Positions 34,928 through 47,079 are shown, counted from the stretch's first letter. The stretch is 47,079 nucleotides of DNA from Histomonas meleagridis 2922-C6/04-290x (GCA_020184695.1 JAANOX010000223.1:1-47079); one strand, 5' to 3'. The notes: generated by a model not told the origin, from the sequence alone. Made by a program: numbers and translations.

Positions 34928-37879
34928 GTGGTCCAACCCACCAAATGACTTGGAAAGTAAAAAAGGACATGCAATATCTCACCTAATACCTCAGTATGTT
35001 AAATAGTTATGTTGATATCATATATGAGAACGTTGGTTTGGAAGATAATAAATCGCAATTTGTTTATTTTTTTCAACTCTCAATTCATATTCTAATTCTG
35101 TTTATAAAAAGCATTATTCCTGTTATCGTGTCTTTGTTACTCAAACAAGTGAAAACATGCTTGATTTTCCCAATTTATACTTTAAACGGTCGTTTATTAT
35201 TCGTTTCTGGTAGGTGTGGTTGTCTCACAAAACAAATTTTCTTTCAGCCTTACTGATTGTTGTTCTTTGGTATCCTCATCTCCAAGGTCTGCATCATTTA
35301 TAGGCTCATTTTTGCAAAATGAAATGAGTCTGGCTAAGATTGTACAATTGCTGATTAGACTTCCTTGGTAGGTTTCTTCCAACCTAACACCTGTCACCTT
35401 CCACTGAGCATTAATTCTATTCAACCACATCACAAACTCTGCCAGGTCAGGGCATAACTCAATAGCAGTTTCAAATGGTATATCTTCACTTCCAGCTTGT
35501 CTCTCCATGACGACATTAACAGCCTCAAACACTTGTTCCATAGTTAGCTCTTGGGGTGACTCCTCAAATACATTGCCCTGCTTTTCAGTAAGTTTCACTC
35601 CACCTACATTCATCCTGGTTCTTATGTTGATCTTTTCGACCTATCACAGTTGTCAAATCATTCATTAAGGTGAGACGTGAAAATGCACTCATAATCTTTT
35701 CCCAGCTGTGTTTGTTATGACACATAATACGTATTAAACCAAACTGACATTCAACATTATGTGTTCCCAATCTTTCCAGACACAGATCATCAGACCTTGC
35801 TCTTAACTCTCTCAAAACACCAATCAATGTGTTCATAATTCGAATGCATTGATTGAGTGAACAACAATATTGCGTACCATGACCACGTTTCACTTGTTGT
35901 ACATTTGGTGTTAGCCTGTCTAAGTTTTTTGCATGATATGCAAAAATATCAAGTAAAGAACAAAGATAATCCAGTCGTGTTTGAGGTGACAGCGATGAAT
36001 TACGAATAGCATGTGACCATAGAGCATACGGAAGTATGTAAAACGCCATGTTAATGTGGCTAGAATGTAACAATTGGAAGAAGTTTTCCATAGTAAAGAT
36101 CTTCAAAACAATAATGATCCTTCATCCTTCCCTTTGGTGACGTGTCTGTTAATGGAGCTCCAAGCTGTAGTACTTTTTCCATATCAAGCGCGGTGAAGGC
36201 TAGCTTACCGTCTGTACATATTGAGATTTGTCCATTCAATATCCTGCTTCTAGCATTTTTCAATAGATGTAAGAAGTCGCCAATTATCAATCTATCATTC
36301 TGCAGAATCCCAAGTGCATCTTCAATTCCCTTATTTCTAAAAATAGGCCACCACTTGTTGAACTGTTCGCGATGAATTATAGAGTATCCAGAATCACCGT
36401 CACTTGCTATACAGCGAACATTGAAACCATTTGCATCTAAAAAATCAGCAAGATATCTTAGCCGAATTCTGATAAAGGTTGTAAATGTATTAAAAATGCA
36501 TTATTGTCCCCTCTCTTTGCATCATAAATTTCTTTTGTAACAGGTTCCATTGACATAGCATCTATACCCAAAACAATATCCACTTTCTCAGAATACTGAA
36601 TGTTATGTCTTCTTCTAAATAGGTTGATAATGCGGATTGTTTCCGAACATATGGTTAAACACTCCTTCCACGAATTTTGAATATGGCTAAAGTGATTGTA
36701 CAGCGTCTGTTTACATGGCAAATGTTATGACGGAGCGAAGATAGTCATAACACTTACTTCTGTGAGTTCTTAATATGTATCAAAATATATTTACATTGTG
36801 ACTCCATTTCCGAGATGTAGGAAAACGAGTGGAATTGTGCTGTGATTCAAATGATAATTGTTCCCCAAAAGGTATGGGTTTGTATACGGGCTCGTCAACC
36901 GATTTTTATTTCCTCAAATATTCTTCATAGAACTCCCTTTGACCCTTAAAAGATCTTGGTGGAAGTAATGTGGGATCATGATCTTCTATTATTTTATCGA
37001 GTATCTGGGTTCTTTTCTTGTAGTACCCCAATGATTGTTCAAGATTAGAAATATCCTTTTTTAGCCTACCAATTTGCCTGGAAAGGGTTGCTTTCTCTGT
37101 TTTTTTGCTCATTAAATTTGTTAAAATTGATTTGACATGATCGTTATGAATTGAAAGACTTATCGTTCATACGTTAAGAAGCAGTGAAAAGAAAAGCTTT
37201 TGCACCTATCTTCTTCACTTGCCACTACGCTTATAACATATATTTGATCAAAGAGTGATGGTGTATCATTCTATGTAATTTTATTGCATAAAAAGCACAG
37301 TGTTCGATTGTTAATTTTTATTACCGTGAATTGATCTTCCTTGAATATATAAACTGTGAACTTCACACTTATGCTAAAAGATATCCAATTGCATGCAATT
37401 AATTATAAAAATATAGAAGTTTTATTCTAGTTACATATTAAAAGACATGATGAAATGATTTTGTTATTAGTTTTCTTGATATTGGACGTTGAAAACATTT
37501 CAACATTGATATATAGTTTAGACTTAGGTTTATAGTTTACGTTAATAGGTGTGGCTAAGCGATTTGTAGTGGTACATCTTTCTCTATAAGTAAATCAAGT
37601 TGATCTATTGATTTTTCATGAAAGGAGAGAAAGAATCATGTTGATGCTTGATATATAGAATGACTAGCTACATAGAAATGTTGTTCTTACAGATAATTGA
37701 AAATGAACATTTTGAGATTACAGATGCGCATCTGCCAGCATGGAATGATCAAGATTTTAAATTCGATTTTTTGAATTATTTATACTCTACACATAATAGA
37801 AGCAATGTCACTAAATTTTTACTATACACCTATGGATCGTTTTCGAGATATTCTCGTTTTAAATTTTTTCTTGGACCAC
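34928..37879 (-). mobile_element. P-element-like transposon, R copy (67-bp deletion in transposase)
   Basis: Mirror of 6998-10031. Deletion of L 8406-8472 between TCA microhomologies (junction ~36470). Confidence 0.6.
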
Positions 37880-37949
37880 TTATATACTTAAACTCTTTCA
37901 TTGCCACCTGAAATTCTAAAAATGTGGCAAGAAAAAAAAAAAAAAAAAT

Positions 37950-38886
37950 GTTAATTTTATTTTCATAAAGAGAACGAAAAATTTCATTTCGATGAAATTC
38001 GATCGTTGTTTCAGATGCTTCTTTAAATGATGAATTGTTTTGTTCTCATAAATAAATAATTTCTAAGTTTCCACCTGCAATTGCATATTTAGATGTATTT
38101 TTTTAATATTAGAATTATTTGATAATAAATATTTAAAAACATTTAATCAAACTAAAAATGCACAATAATCAATTAATGAAACATTTTTTTAGTATTAACA
38201 AATGAACATCTTTCAGAAAGTGATGGTTCAATTATTTGATTAAAGTCAAATTCATTATGTGATGATATTTCTTGAAGCTTTTCTAAATCATCATTTCGCA
38301 ACCTCTAATGGATTAACTCCTTCTTTTTACATATTGCATATGAAATTTCCAAGCATTTTTGATAATTTATGAGGTTCTGTCCATATGTTCATTAATTTGT
38401 TTATTTCTTCTCTTCTGTTATATTGAGAAAAATATAATGTGTTCACATTCTTTACTGAAGATGGTTCACCTATTTCTTCTTCGATCATCTTTTCAAGAAG
38501 GAAATATGATTCTTGCTTTTTTATTTTCAGTAAATATTTACAAAATATTTGAACAATATTAACTTCAGTTTTACTTTGGTTTTTTTTTTCTTTTTCTTCT
38601 TCTTTTGCATTTAAAATCAATAAATATTTAATATATGTATTTTCATCATTAGCTTGAGAAACAAATGCTGAAATATAAGTATGGTAACAAGATAGTTAAA
38701 TGTATATGGTAGTACATCAACAAATAAATTAATTGTTTCTTGAACTGATGTTTCTAAATTATTTTCGTTTAAATTAAAGACAATTGATTCTAATGATTTC
38801 GAGAGTTTCATCAATAACAAGTTGAAACCACTTTTTGGGAAAGATAAATAATAAAATTTTGAGTATCCTCGATTCAACATTTTCAA
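37950..38886 (-). pseudogene. Ankyrin/DUF3447-type fragment B, R copy
   Basis: Reverse complement of ~5993-6930. Confidence 0.65.
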
Positions 38887-39078
38887 AAGGTTTCTTTATA
38901 ATATGGTAATATAATATAGCTATTTATTCCAAATATAATGCATTTTTGAATTTCTTCTGATTGATTTTTAGATATTTTAATTGAGAATCTTATCATAACA
39001 AGAATGCGCTTCGCGCCGTTTGCGGATCAAAGCGAAGCAAACAATAAGAAATTTTTAAAATAAACTTATTAAGATATA

Positions 39079-40362
39079 TAGGGGGGTCCAAAAGTTCGTG
39101 TAATCCCCTTTATTTCAATGAGTAAACATTACTGTAATTTTATATTTAATATATAATATTCATAAAGTGTTCTATAATTTATTTATGTATTAATTTGAGT
39201 TTTATCAATTGTGAATCGAAATATTCACATTTTGAAAACGATAGCGACCGTTTGAGTCCACTTATGAACCAGGAATTTCGGTCGGTATATCGTTATTGTT
39301 ATCTTAGAGGATTATCTCCAAGAGAAGCACATGAAGAAATGATACGAGCATATGGAGAAGATTGTCCTCATGAAAATACTATAAGAAAATAATTTAAAAG
39401 ATTTGAAGAAGGCTCAGAATCACTTGATGACGAACACCGTACAGGGAGACCTAAAAATACCTCATTAGTTCCAAAAGTGCAGGATCTTTTAATGAACTAT
39501 CCATTTTTATCAGCAAAAGCTATTGCCAATATGTTGGGCGCTCCTAAGACAACAATTCTTAGGGTTTTACATGATAAAATGGGTTATGTGAAGTTGAATT
39601 TTCGATGGATCCCCCATCAACTCAATGATGATCAAAAAGCCGATAGGGTTCAGGCTGCACACGAAATGTTAGAAATTCTCAGAAACAATAAAAACCCCTA
39701 GTGCAACATAATTACAGGTGATGAAACATGGATATATCGGGAAAACAACAATACAAGTCAATGGCTTCCAATTGGAAGCAAAAGGCCAGAAATTCCCAAA
39801 AGAATTATGACGGTTAACAAAACGATGATTAGCGTATACTTAAGTACGGCAGGGATTATCTTAATAGATCCTTTACCAAATAATATAAAATTTAGTGCAC
39901 AGTATATGATACAAGGTATACTTCAAAAGTTAAATAATAATATAAAACAAAGAAGAAAAATGTCGGGAGTTTCAGGTTGTTTATTACATATCGACAATGC
40001 ACCGTCACACAACGCGACCGTTACTTCCGACGAGATCCAAAAATTAGGCATTAGAAGAATGTCTCACCCTGCTTATTCACAAGATATTGCTCCTTGTGAC
40101 TTTTGGCTATTCGGTGTTGTGAAAGAACGGATCAAAGGCTACACATTCAATAACGAGAACGAATTAATTCAAAAAATTTCGGAAATTCTCAATGGAATTT
40201 CAACACAAGAAATTGAAGATGTATATGAAGAATGGTGCCGCCGTCTCGAATGGGTTATTAATAACAAAGGGGAGTACTATACAAATTAATAAAAAGATTT
40301 TTTATATCTTGTTTATTTATTGAGAAAAAAAGTTGAATTACACGAACTTTTGGACCCCCCTA
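39079..40362 (+). mobile_element. Mariner (DD34D) transposon, 1284 bp, 26-bp TIRs, TA TSD
   Basis: TIR TAGGGGGGTCCAAAAGTTCGTGTAAT at 39079-39104 and its inverse at 40337-40362. TA at 39077-78 and 40363-64. The empty site (AAGATA-TA-GATATA) is present in L at ~5795-5808. Confidence 0.97.
39264..40289 (+). pseudogene. Mariner transposase (341 codons) with two in-frame stops
   Basis: Single frame: HTH (RTGRP), RWIPHQL, ITGDETW, HIDNAPSH, YSQDIAPCDFWLF with 34 residues between the last two Asp. TAA at 39390 and TAG at 39699. Confidence 0.93.
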
Positions 40363-40589
40363 TAGATATAAAATTATAAAAAAGATATGAGTATAATAGA
40401 AAAATATTGGGATTGAAAAAATTTGTTAATGTGTTAATATTAAAAAAACTATAAAAATATGCGTGTAAAAATTATAATTGATAAAAGAAAAGACCAAAAA
40501 AACATGAGGTGAGCGGGTTGTTATTAGATACTTTCCCAAATGAGCATCTGCTAGCCAGATCTTTGGAATTTTTTCATTTTTTAAATTTT

Positions 40590-41200
40590 TAATTTTTCTA
40601 ATTTTTTAATATGACATATTTTATTTTCATGTATGTATTTGAAGATATCATTTCGATGGAATTCAATTGCTATTTCATATGCATCCTCAAATGATGAATG
40701 ATTTCTTCATTTCCACCTGCAATTGCATGTTTACATGTGTTATTTACATTTTGCATTATTCATACGTAAATATTTAAAACATTTAATAGAAGAAAAATGC
40801 TGCATAATCAATTAATGAAACATATTAATAAATGAACATCTTTCATAAAGTGATGGTTCAATTGTTTGATTAAAATCAAAAATTTGGTTGTGATGATATT
40901 TCTTGAAGTTTTTTTCTATTTCATCATTTCGAATTATTTTTGCAATTTCATTTGGATTAACACTTTCTTTGATTAATTTCTTGTTAATTTCCCAATCATT
41001 CTTTGAAAGTTCTTTAATGTTTCCCATTTTTGGTTTCAAATAGTCATTCTCTTCTGGAATTTTTGGACATGTAAGTATAAAATATGATTCTTCTCTCACC
41101 TGTTCAATTATGTTCGATTCACATAAATTTTCTTGAATCATTCTCTCGAGAAAATAATTTGATTCTTGATAACATATTTTCAAAATCATTTTTCAAGAAA
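40590..41200 (-). pseudogene. Ankyrin/DUF3447-type fragment A, R copy
   Basis: Reverse complement of ~4960-5585. Confidence 0.65.
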
Positions 41201-41449
41201 ACTTTATGTATTTTACTTTGTATCTGTTTGTTATCTTCAATTTTTTTTTATTTCTTTAATGATATTCATATAGACTTTTGAATTATTCATTCCTGCTACA
41301 AATAATGAATAAATTATTTTTAATAATTAATACTGACAATTATTATCAAATATATCAAACACTGAAAGAACTACTTGAGCAACATTTTCTTTATTTAAGA
41401 AAAATATTTTTTATTGAATAAACTGAATTGTTCATTTTTGTTTTGCAAA

Positions 41450-42030
41450 GTCCAGGACAAGTAAAAATTTAGTGAAACAAAATACCAGGTCGCTTTAGCT
41501 ATGATCGGCGCATTCAAAAAGCGAAAATTGAATAGGTTATCTAAACGTTACAAGCAACCATCGACTCAATAAAGTTTTCGTCTGATTCAGTCACCAGAGA
41601 AATCTTCCAAATAGTATTCAATGCACCTGTTACAATGAATGTACCAGCCATAACAAGAAAAGTAAGTTCACAAGAAGATTATATACCAGGACAACTTTCA
41701 TAAAATTAATTATTACTTAATACAAAAGAATGAATTTTATGAATACAGCATACATAATACCAAAGGCGAAGCATCCAGTTACTTAATTTTCAGTCCAAAT
41801 GTACAATTTGAAGGAAAAATTATTAGATTTTACACTTTTGGACAAACCAATTTTTGCAACACTTATTACATCTGCTGTTGATTATCTTAGCGTTCGAAAA
41901 GGTATCGATATTGATCAACTTAATAGAGAGATTCTCGTATTCAAACAATTCTTCAATGTTGTATTTAGAATAACGTTGACCATATCATTTTAGGCGCATT
42001 TGGTTGTGGAGCATTCCATTATAATCTCAA
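41450..42030 (+). pseudogene. Degenerate microbial-type PARG (DUF2263-like), R copy
   Basis: DHIILGAFGCGAFHYN at 41978-42025, LIFSPNV at ~41783, SSQEDYI at ~41665. Confidence 0.6.
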
Positions 42031-42496
42031 TAAAATTTCGGATAATTTAAAGAAATGAGTTGTATTAAATGAAGAGACAAACATCAAACAACTAAAGGCT
42101 GTAACAAATGAGTAAGTGAGTGTTAGTGAACAAAATATTGCACTTAATTAATAAATTGAAATCATTTAAAGAAATTAACTGTATTGAATGTTAAGATAAA
42201 CATCAAATGAATAAGTAGGTTGTATTAAATGGATAAATGATTTCCAAATTCTCAAATGATTTTGAGAGTCGCAGACTCAAAAAGCTCTATCGGTTTGCTG
42301 TGGTGCTCCAAGATTTACATAAAAGAATTATTAATAAATAAAATCAAATAAGTTTCCTTGATATAGCATACCGAATTTGTCAAACTTCAAATCAAAAATA
42401 AAATTTTATTTAAAACTTTCAATAAATTATCAAAAAAAATTATAATGAAAAACATTCCGAATAATTTTGTTGTTTTATTCAATGAAAAGGGTATTT

Positions 42497-43235
42497 TTAT
42501 GCACGAACACCAAAATTTTGTTCTTTGTTATCATCATTGCTATTATCATCTTTAATAATAATCATTTTATCATTATCATTAAATGATCCTTCATTAATTT
42601 GATTTCTTTTCTTTCGAATGTAAATTAAAAATGTAATAATTAATGCAGCAAAAACAACGACTCCTACTGCAACTCCAACACCAATATAAATGTTTGTTTT
42701 ATTATCATTTTTATTTTCACTATTTTTACCCATATTAAAATCTGAATAAGACATGAAATAATCAGAATAAAGACTAACTGTATAATCATAATATATAACT
42801 GATGTTGAAATATATGTAGATATTGAATTAATATTCGTAAGAATAAATGAATTGAAAAATGAACTATAAATACTTAATGTTTGTGTCATTGATAAAATAT
42901 ATGTCACTGAATATGAATGTGTTAAAGTTACATCAGAAGAATATGTTTCTGTAAATGTGGAATATGATGAAAATGAATTTAATTCAGTAAGTGTATTTGA
43001 ATGTGAACCTGTACTTGATATTGAAAATGAACCTGAATTGGTAAATGTATTTGGATATGTATTTGAATTTGACATAGGAAATGTATTTGAATGTGAACCT
43101 GACATAGTAAATGTATTTGAATGTAAACCTGACATAGTAAATGTATTTGAATGTGAAAAATGAACTTGATTGTGTAAAAATATTTGTTTCAGTTGGTGTA
43201 AATGTTTGTGTATGTATTGGATTACATCCTTCAAA
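42497..43235 (-). pseudogene. BspA C-terminal fragment (stalk with 30-bp repeats + TM + tail), no LRR or signal
   Basis: EGCNPIHTQTFTPTETN, SNTFTMSG repeats, TM GVGVAVGVVVFAALIITFLIYI. Sequence upstream of 43235 is not BspA-like. Confidence 0.8.
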
Positions 43236-45502
43236 TGAAAATATAAATGAATAAAATTTCGGTGTTTTCAGGTAAATTTTAAAAAAGTTGATTTTTTCTC
43301 AATATAAAATCATTTTAATTCTAAGATACTCAAAGCAATATATGTACATCAGTCAAACATTTGGATAGCATTGAAAAATATAAGATAAATTTTTTTTTTT
43401 AGAAATACGTGATGATTCAAAAATTTCCATATTTTTTGATGAAATTTTATATTTAACTTATGCATATCATGAGATTTATGTTATAGTATAAATTCCAATA
43501 TGTTTTTGCAACGTCAAAGAGTTTTGAAAAAATGTAATTTTTCTCCAAAATGGCAAAAAGTTTTTTTATGATTCCTTGCATAACTAAAGTTGATAATGTG
43601 ATGATATTATATTTCAAGAATGAGAAAAAGCGCATTTGTGAATTCTTCAAAAGTTATTTTAAGGGATTACAATATAGACCTTTAGCTATGTTTATAAGAG
43701 TATCCTACGTATACGGGGCAATGCCATGCGTGGAAACAATACAAGTTCCACAAAAAGTATTTGAGTAATAAAAAATATTGAAAGATTAAAAACATCAACA
43801 TTCTTTCTGGAAATGATTTTTTCTTTTTTTATACGATATATTTATATTTTATTTTCTTGAATATAGTTAGAACACTAATAGTTAATTTTATATTCAAGGG
43901 CAATCAAAGATTCCTTTTGTAATTTCACCAAAAAGAAGGATTTGAAATATACATTTTGAGTTTTGATGAATTTGTATAGTTTATTATAAAAGTGTTGTGT
44001 TTTTCGATTTTCATTGAATTCATTTTACCTCGGGTTGCGAGACCTCATAGAAAATATTGAATGAATAATGGCACTTGTCGGGAAAAGAGTTTTTTTGGGC
44101 TGTGCAAAATCATTGGAATTTATTCCAGGATGGTGAGTGCTTTATGTGCAATTTAGAGGGGTTCGGCAGAAAATGCCGAAGGCCTTCTGCCGCAACCCCT
44201 CTATTATTTTCGCACATGGAAGGCTCCTTCTGCGATGATAAAATCGGAGCATAACGATAACAAATATCGATAAAACCGTTTATTTCATTATTATAAATAT
44301 TTTTATTTCCTTTTCCCATGGGATTTTCCATACGTCCCGGGTACGCGTCCCCAGTCACTTTTTGAATAGAAAAACGATCAAAATATGCAAAAAATGAATT
44401 TTATCTATTGCTTTTATAAGCATTTCATCATTAAAAATAATATGAAGGCAAAGAGTAGTGATTATATTATAAATTTTAATAAAATTAATTGAACACATAA
44501 AAAATTATAAAAATTTTTTTCATACGATAGATTATTTGAATCACCGATATATATATCGTTCGAATAACCGGCAAACATGATCGGTGTATGACTTTTTCTT
44601 AGTTTGGGTCGTCACAGTCAACTTTTTCTATGCTATTCAATTATTGTGATAGAATTTCTGTAAAAATTTTGTTGTAAATCGTATCGTAGTTGACATTAAA
44701 ATTTCGGTGAGAATAAAAATGTCAAAACCTCATATCCAAATATTCATATAGAAATACACTTGAATTAAAAGACATTTATTTTTTCATTCATCTTCTCTTG
44801 TGGTAATCTTATTTATTACACGTATTGACCAAGATATTTATATTTTAATTTCGTTAATGAAATGAGCAGAAAATAATCGTTATTCATACAAAAAAATGTT
44901 ATTCGTGAGGTGTATTGTACTCCCAAAAAATAAATAAATTTTTCCAATAATTATATATAAATAATGTAAACTCTATTATCAGGGTGTATAAAAATATGAA
45001 ATTGATCTATAAATAAATTAATTCTATACAATTAGATAATACATAATTCCCAAAAATAAATACTTGAGGAATTGTAATGTTATTTATTTTTGTGCAATTA
45101 TTTTGGTGATAAACGAACGTTAAGGATGAAAAATTGGCGGGCAATAATGATGTTTGAATGAGTATTGAAAATGAGAATCCGAATGATGTTATTAATTAGT
45201 GTCAAACGTAAAATTTTTTGAATTGGCATCGAATTCAGTGTCAAACGTAAAAAATATTTTATGACGAGTTTATAACGGAGTTTATGACAAAGGAGCACAT
45301 GACAGAGAATGACGTGAACGTTAAGGTGAAATATAAAAATGTTCAAAAATAAAATTCAATAGGTTTGGAAATCGAACGTAAGGCATTAACAAAAAACGAT
45401 ACGTATGGGAATCGAACGCAAGGCGTACATCGAAAAAGTGACGTTGAAATTAAAAATAAATATATTTCGTAATGTGTTTGTTATTTCTATATAATTTACA
45501 TA

Positions 45503-46026
45503 TCAAATGATTTCTTGTCGTTTGTAGTCCGCGCCTGAAGGCTCGATGCTCGCGTGTGCTCGCTATCCGGAAAACTAATTTTCAAACCTTCAAACTCTTT
45601 TGAAATCGCTAAATTTTCATTTCCGACATATGCATTTAATGATATAATTTTATTATCGATTTATTTACGTTTCTCAACTAATTCATCGATGATTCGTTTT
45701 GAGATATCATTCTTGGCTTTCATGAATCTATTATTTAATTCTGCAGGAGCAATATTTATAAGTTTCTTTTCATTTGTTTTAGTAAGAATGTTATCGGTAA
45801 ACTTTAAATTTACTGATTTAAGAAGTTATAAATTCTTATCATAAAATTTAACGTCAACAAGAATATTATTATGAAGTATAGGTTTGTTTGTTGGTTTATC
45901 TATCTTAACTGTTGTATTATGATTATATTTAAACTCAACGGCGGCGTAAGGCGTCTTGCCGGAGCAAGACTTGTCTTGCGACTCAATTTTATATTCTGAT
46001 ATCAAATAATCTTGGAATAATTCCAT
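45503..46026 (-). pseudogene. Degenerate Maverick-associated ORF
   Basis: MELFQDYLISEYKIES... continues after frame breaks as KKKLINIAPAELNNRFMKAKNDISKRIIDELVEK*...FDM*; divergent from the ATPase with a 40-bp gap. Confidence 0.4.
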
Positions 46027-46066
46027 TTATTAAAGGTAAAAAATTTATTTTTATAAATAAAAAATA

Positions 46067-46969
46067 ATGCGAAAAAATAATTCGGAGAATATAGATAAAA
46101 AATTTGATGAGATAGAAGAATTGTTTGATAAATTAGAAAAACAAAACAAAGAAATTTTAGAAAACGCGAAAATAAAACCAATACATAAAAAATTCTTATT
46201 TGCTCAAAACGGAATAACAGCTTTTATAGCGCCAATGGGTTCTGGTAAATCATATCTTTACGTTAAACTTGGCGCGAAACAAGAAGTACTATTTAACAAA
46301 CCGTTTTTTGAACTAATAACTATTTGTAGTACATCCTCAAAATTTGATGAAACAGTAAATACTTATAAGGAAGCAATAAAGAAAACGAAACTTGTTGCGA
46401 TAAAAGATACTGATTTGTTAGATTGGATTAATAAATATATTCGGAGAATTTTAAAATATAATTCTATCATTAAATATATCAATTCTGATTTTAAGAAAAC
46501 GGATGAAGAAGTAGAAAGATTATTTATGAAATATAATTTGAATAACTCAAAGAAGAAATTAAAATACATTTCTGAAAAGTTAGCGAAATATCAATGGAAA
46601 ACTTATCCGCATAGATGCTTGTTGATATTAGACGATTTTGCTAATCATCCTTTGCTGAGGAGTAAAGAAACGGAGATGTCAAGATTATTGAAAAAGCTCA
46701 GACACTTTAATATTAACGTTATCATTTGTGTGCAAACAACAAAAAGTATACCAAAAGATATAAAAAGAACTTTGTCAGATATTGTTTTGTTTAATGGAAT
46801 TTCAAAAGATGATTTTTATGACTTAATAAAAGAAAGTCCTGCATCAATATTTGATGTTAATAATTTATGGTCCGTTTATTCTAAACTTCAAAGTCCACAC
46901 GCAACGTTTAGCATACATATTAAAGCACGAAGAGTAATAATTGCCGATAAAGCTAAAATAAAAAAATGA
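46067..46969 (+). CDS. A32/FtsK-HerA-like DNA-packaging ATPase of Maverick/Polinton type (300 aa)
   Basis: Walker A FIAPMGSGKS, Walker B LLILDDF, and LRHFNINVIICVQ (RH...Q motif typical of A32-like ATPases). Intact ORF. Confidence 0.85.
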   Translation: MRKNNSENIDKKFDEIEELFDKLEKQNKEILENAKIKPIHKKFLFAQNGITAFIAPMGSGKSYLYVKLGAKQEVLFNKPFFELITICSTSSKFDETVNTYKEAIKKTKLVAIKDTDLLDWINKYIRRILKYNSIIKYINSDFKKTDEEVERLFMKYNLNNSKKKLKYISEKLAKYQWKTYPHRCLLILDDFANHPLLRSKETEMSRLLKKLRHFNINVIICVQTTKSIPKDIKRTLSDIVLFNGISKDDFYDLIKESPASIFDVNNLWSVYSKLQSPHATFSIHIKARRVIIADKAKIKK

Positions 46970-47024
46970 AATAAAAATTATTTTTGATTTTGAATTTCAC
47001 CGACAAATAAATCTTCATCCTGTA

Positions 47025-47042
47025 ACACACACACACACACAC
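47025..47042. repeat. (AC)9 microsatellite
   Basis: Direct reading. Confidence 0.9.
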
Positions 47043-47079
47043 AGCGCTATTGAAGCTTCGCGTGATACGCTCGCTTCAA

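Larger units (their letters stand above)
28160..42040 (-). repeat. Right arm (R) of the inverted segmental duplication
   Basis: Reverse complement of 4115-~16050, plus a 1284-bp mariner and a 480-bp BspA stalk/TM segment absent from L. The innermost part (28160-28390) matches the flank of copy M rather than L. Confidence 0.95.
45090..47079. mobile_element. Maverick/Polinton-like element (partial; left end not located)
   Basis: Packaging-type ATPase, a divergent degenerate ORF, a repeat-rich CpG-rich non-coding block at 45110-45430 and GC-rich hairpins. No TIR/TSD could be fixed in the window. Confidence 0.65.

Noticed and set aside
39390-39701. In-frame TAA/TAG/TGA in several genes as stop-codon reassignment
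   Set aside because: All three stops terminate intact genes normally here, and the internal stops sit at non-equivalent residues in TEs and pseudogenes.
43550-44900. Small ORFs at 43550-43768 and 44110-44358 and possible kinase-like scraps near 44550-44800
   Set aside because: No recognisable family motif by eye; cannot be supported without a search.
47020-47044. GTAAC(AC)nAG resembling the trichomonad branch/3' splice motif ACTAACACACAG
   Set aside because: GTAAC rather than CTAAC, no plausible 5' splice site or exon, and it lies after the ATPase stop; a simple microsatellite.

Overview
Very AT-rich eukaryotic DNA, inferred to be parabasalid (Trichomonas/Tritrichomonas-like) from the BspA LRR genes, DUF3447-type ankyrin genes, a mariner and a Maverick/Polinton ATPase. 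The window is dominated by an inverted segmental duplication: left arm L ~4115-16258 (+) and right arm R ~28160-42040 (-), plus a third, partial, mosaic inverted copy M at ~18905-23135. The duplicated cassette contains a degenerate bacterial-type PARG, two ankyrin pseudogenes, a P-element-like transposon, PRP38, a GAF-domain cyclic-nucleotide phosphodiesterase (PDE) and a BspA gene. The arms differ by reciprocal deletions, a mariner insertion found only in R, and different BspA alleles: membrane-anchored in R, anchor-less in L, and R-like 5' joined to L-like 3' in M. The spacer holds gene fragments, a (AAT)380 tract, an 18-bp minisatellite and a perfect 45-bp-stem hairpin. The right end enters a Maverick. 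Many frameshifts are +1/+2 changes in homopolymer runs, which suggests an unpolished long-read consensus, so pseudogene calls and some rearrangements need read-level confirmation. No rRNA, tRNA or CRISPR array was seen. All alignments were done by eye; coordinates marked ~ are approximate.
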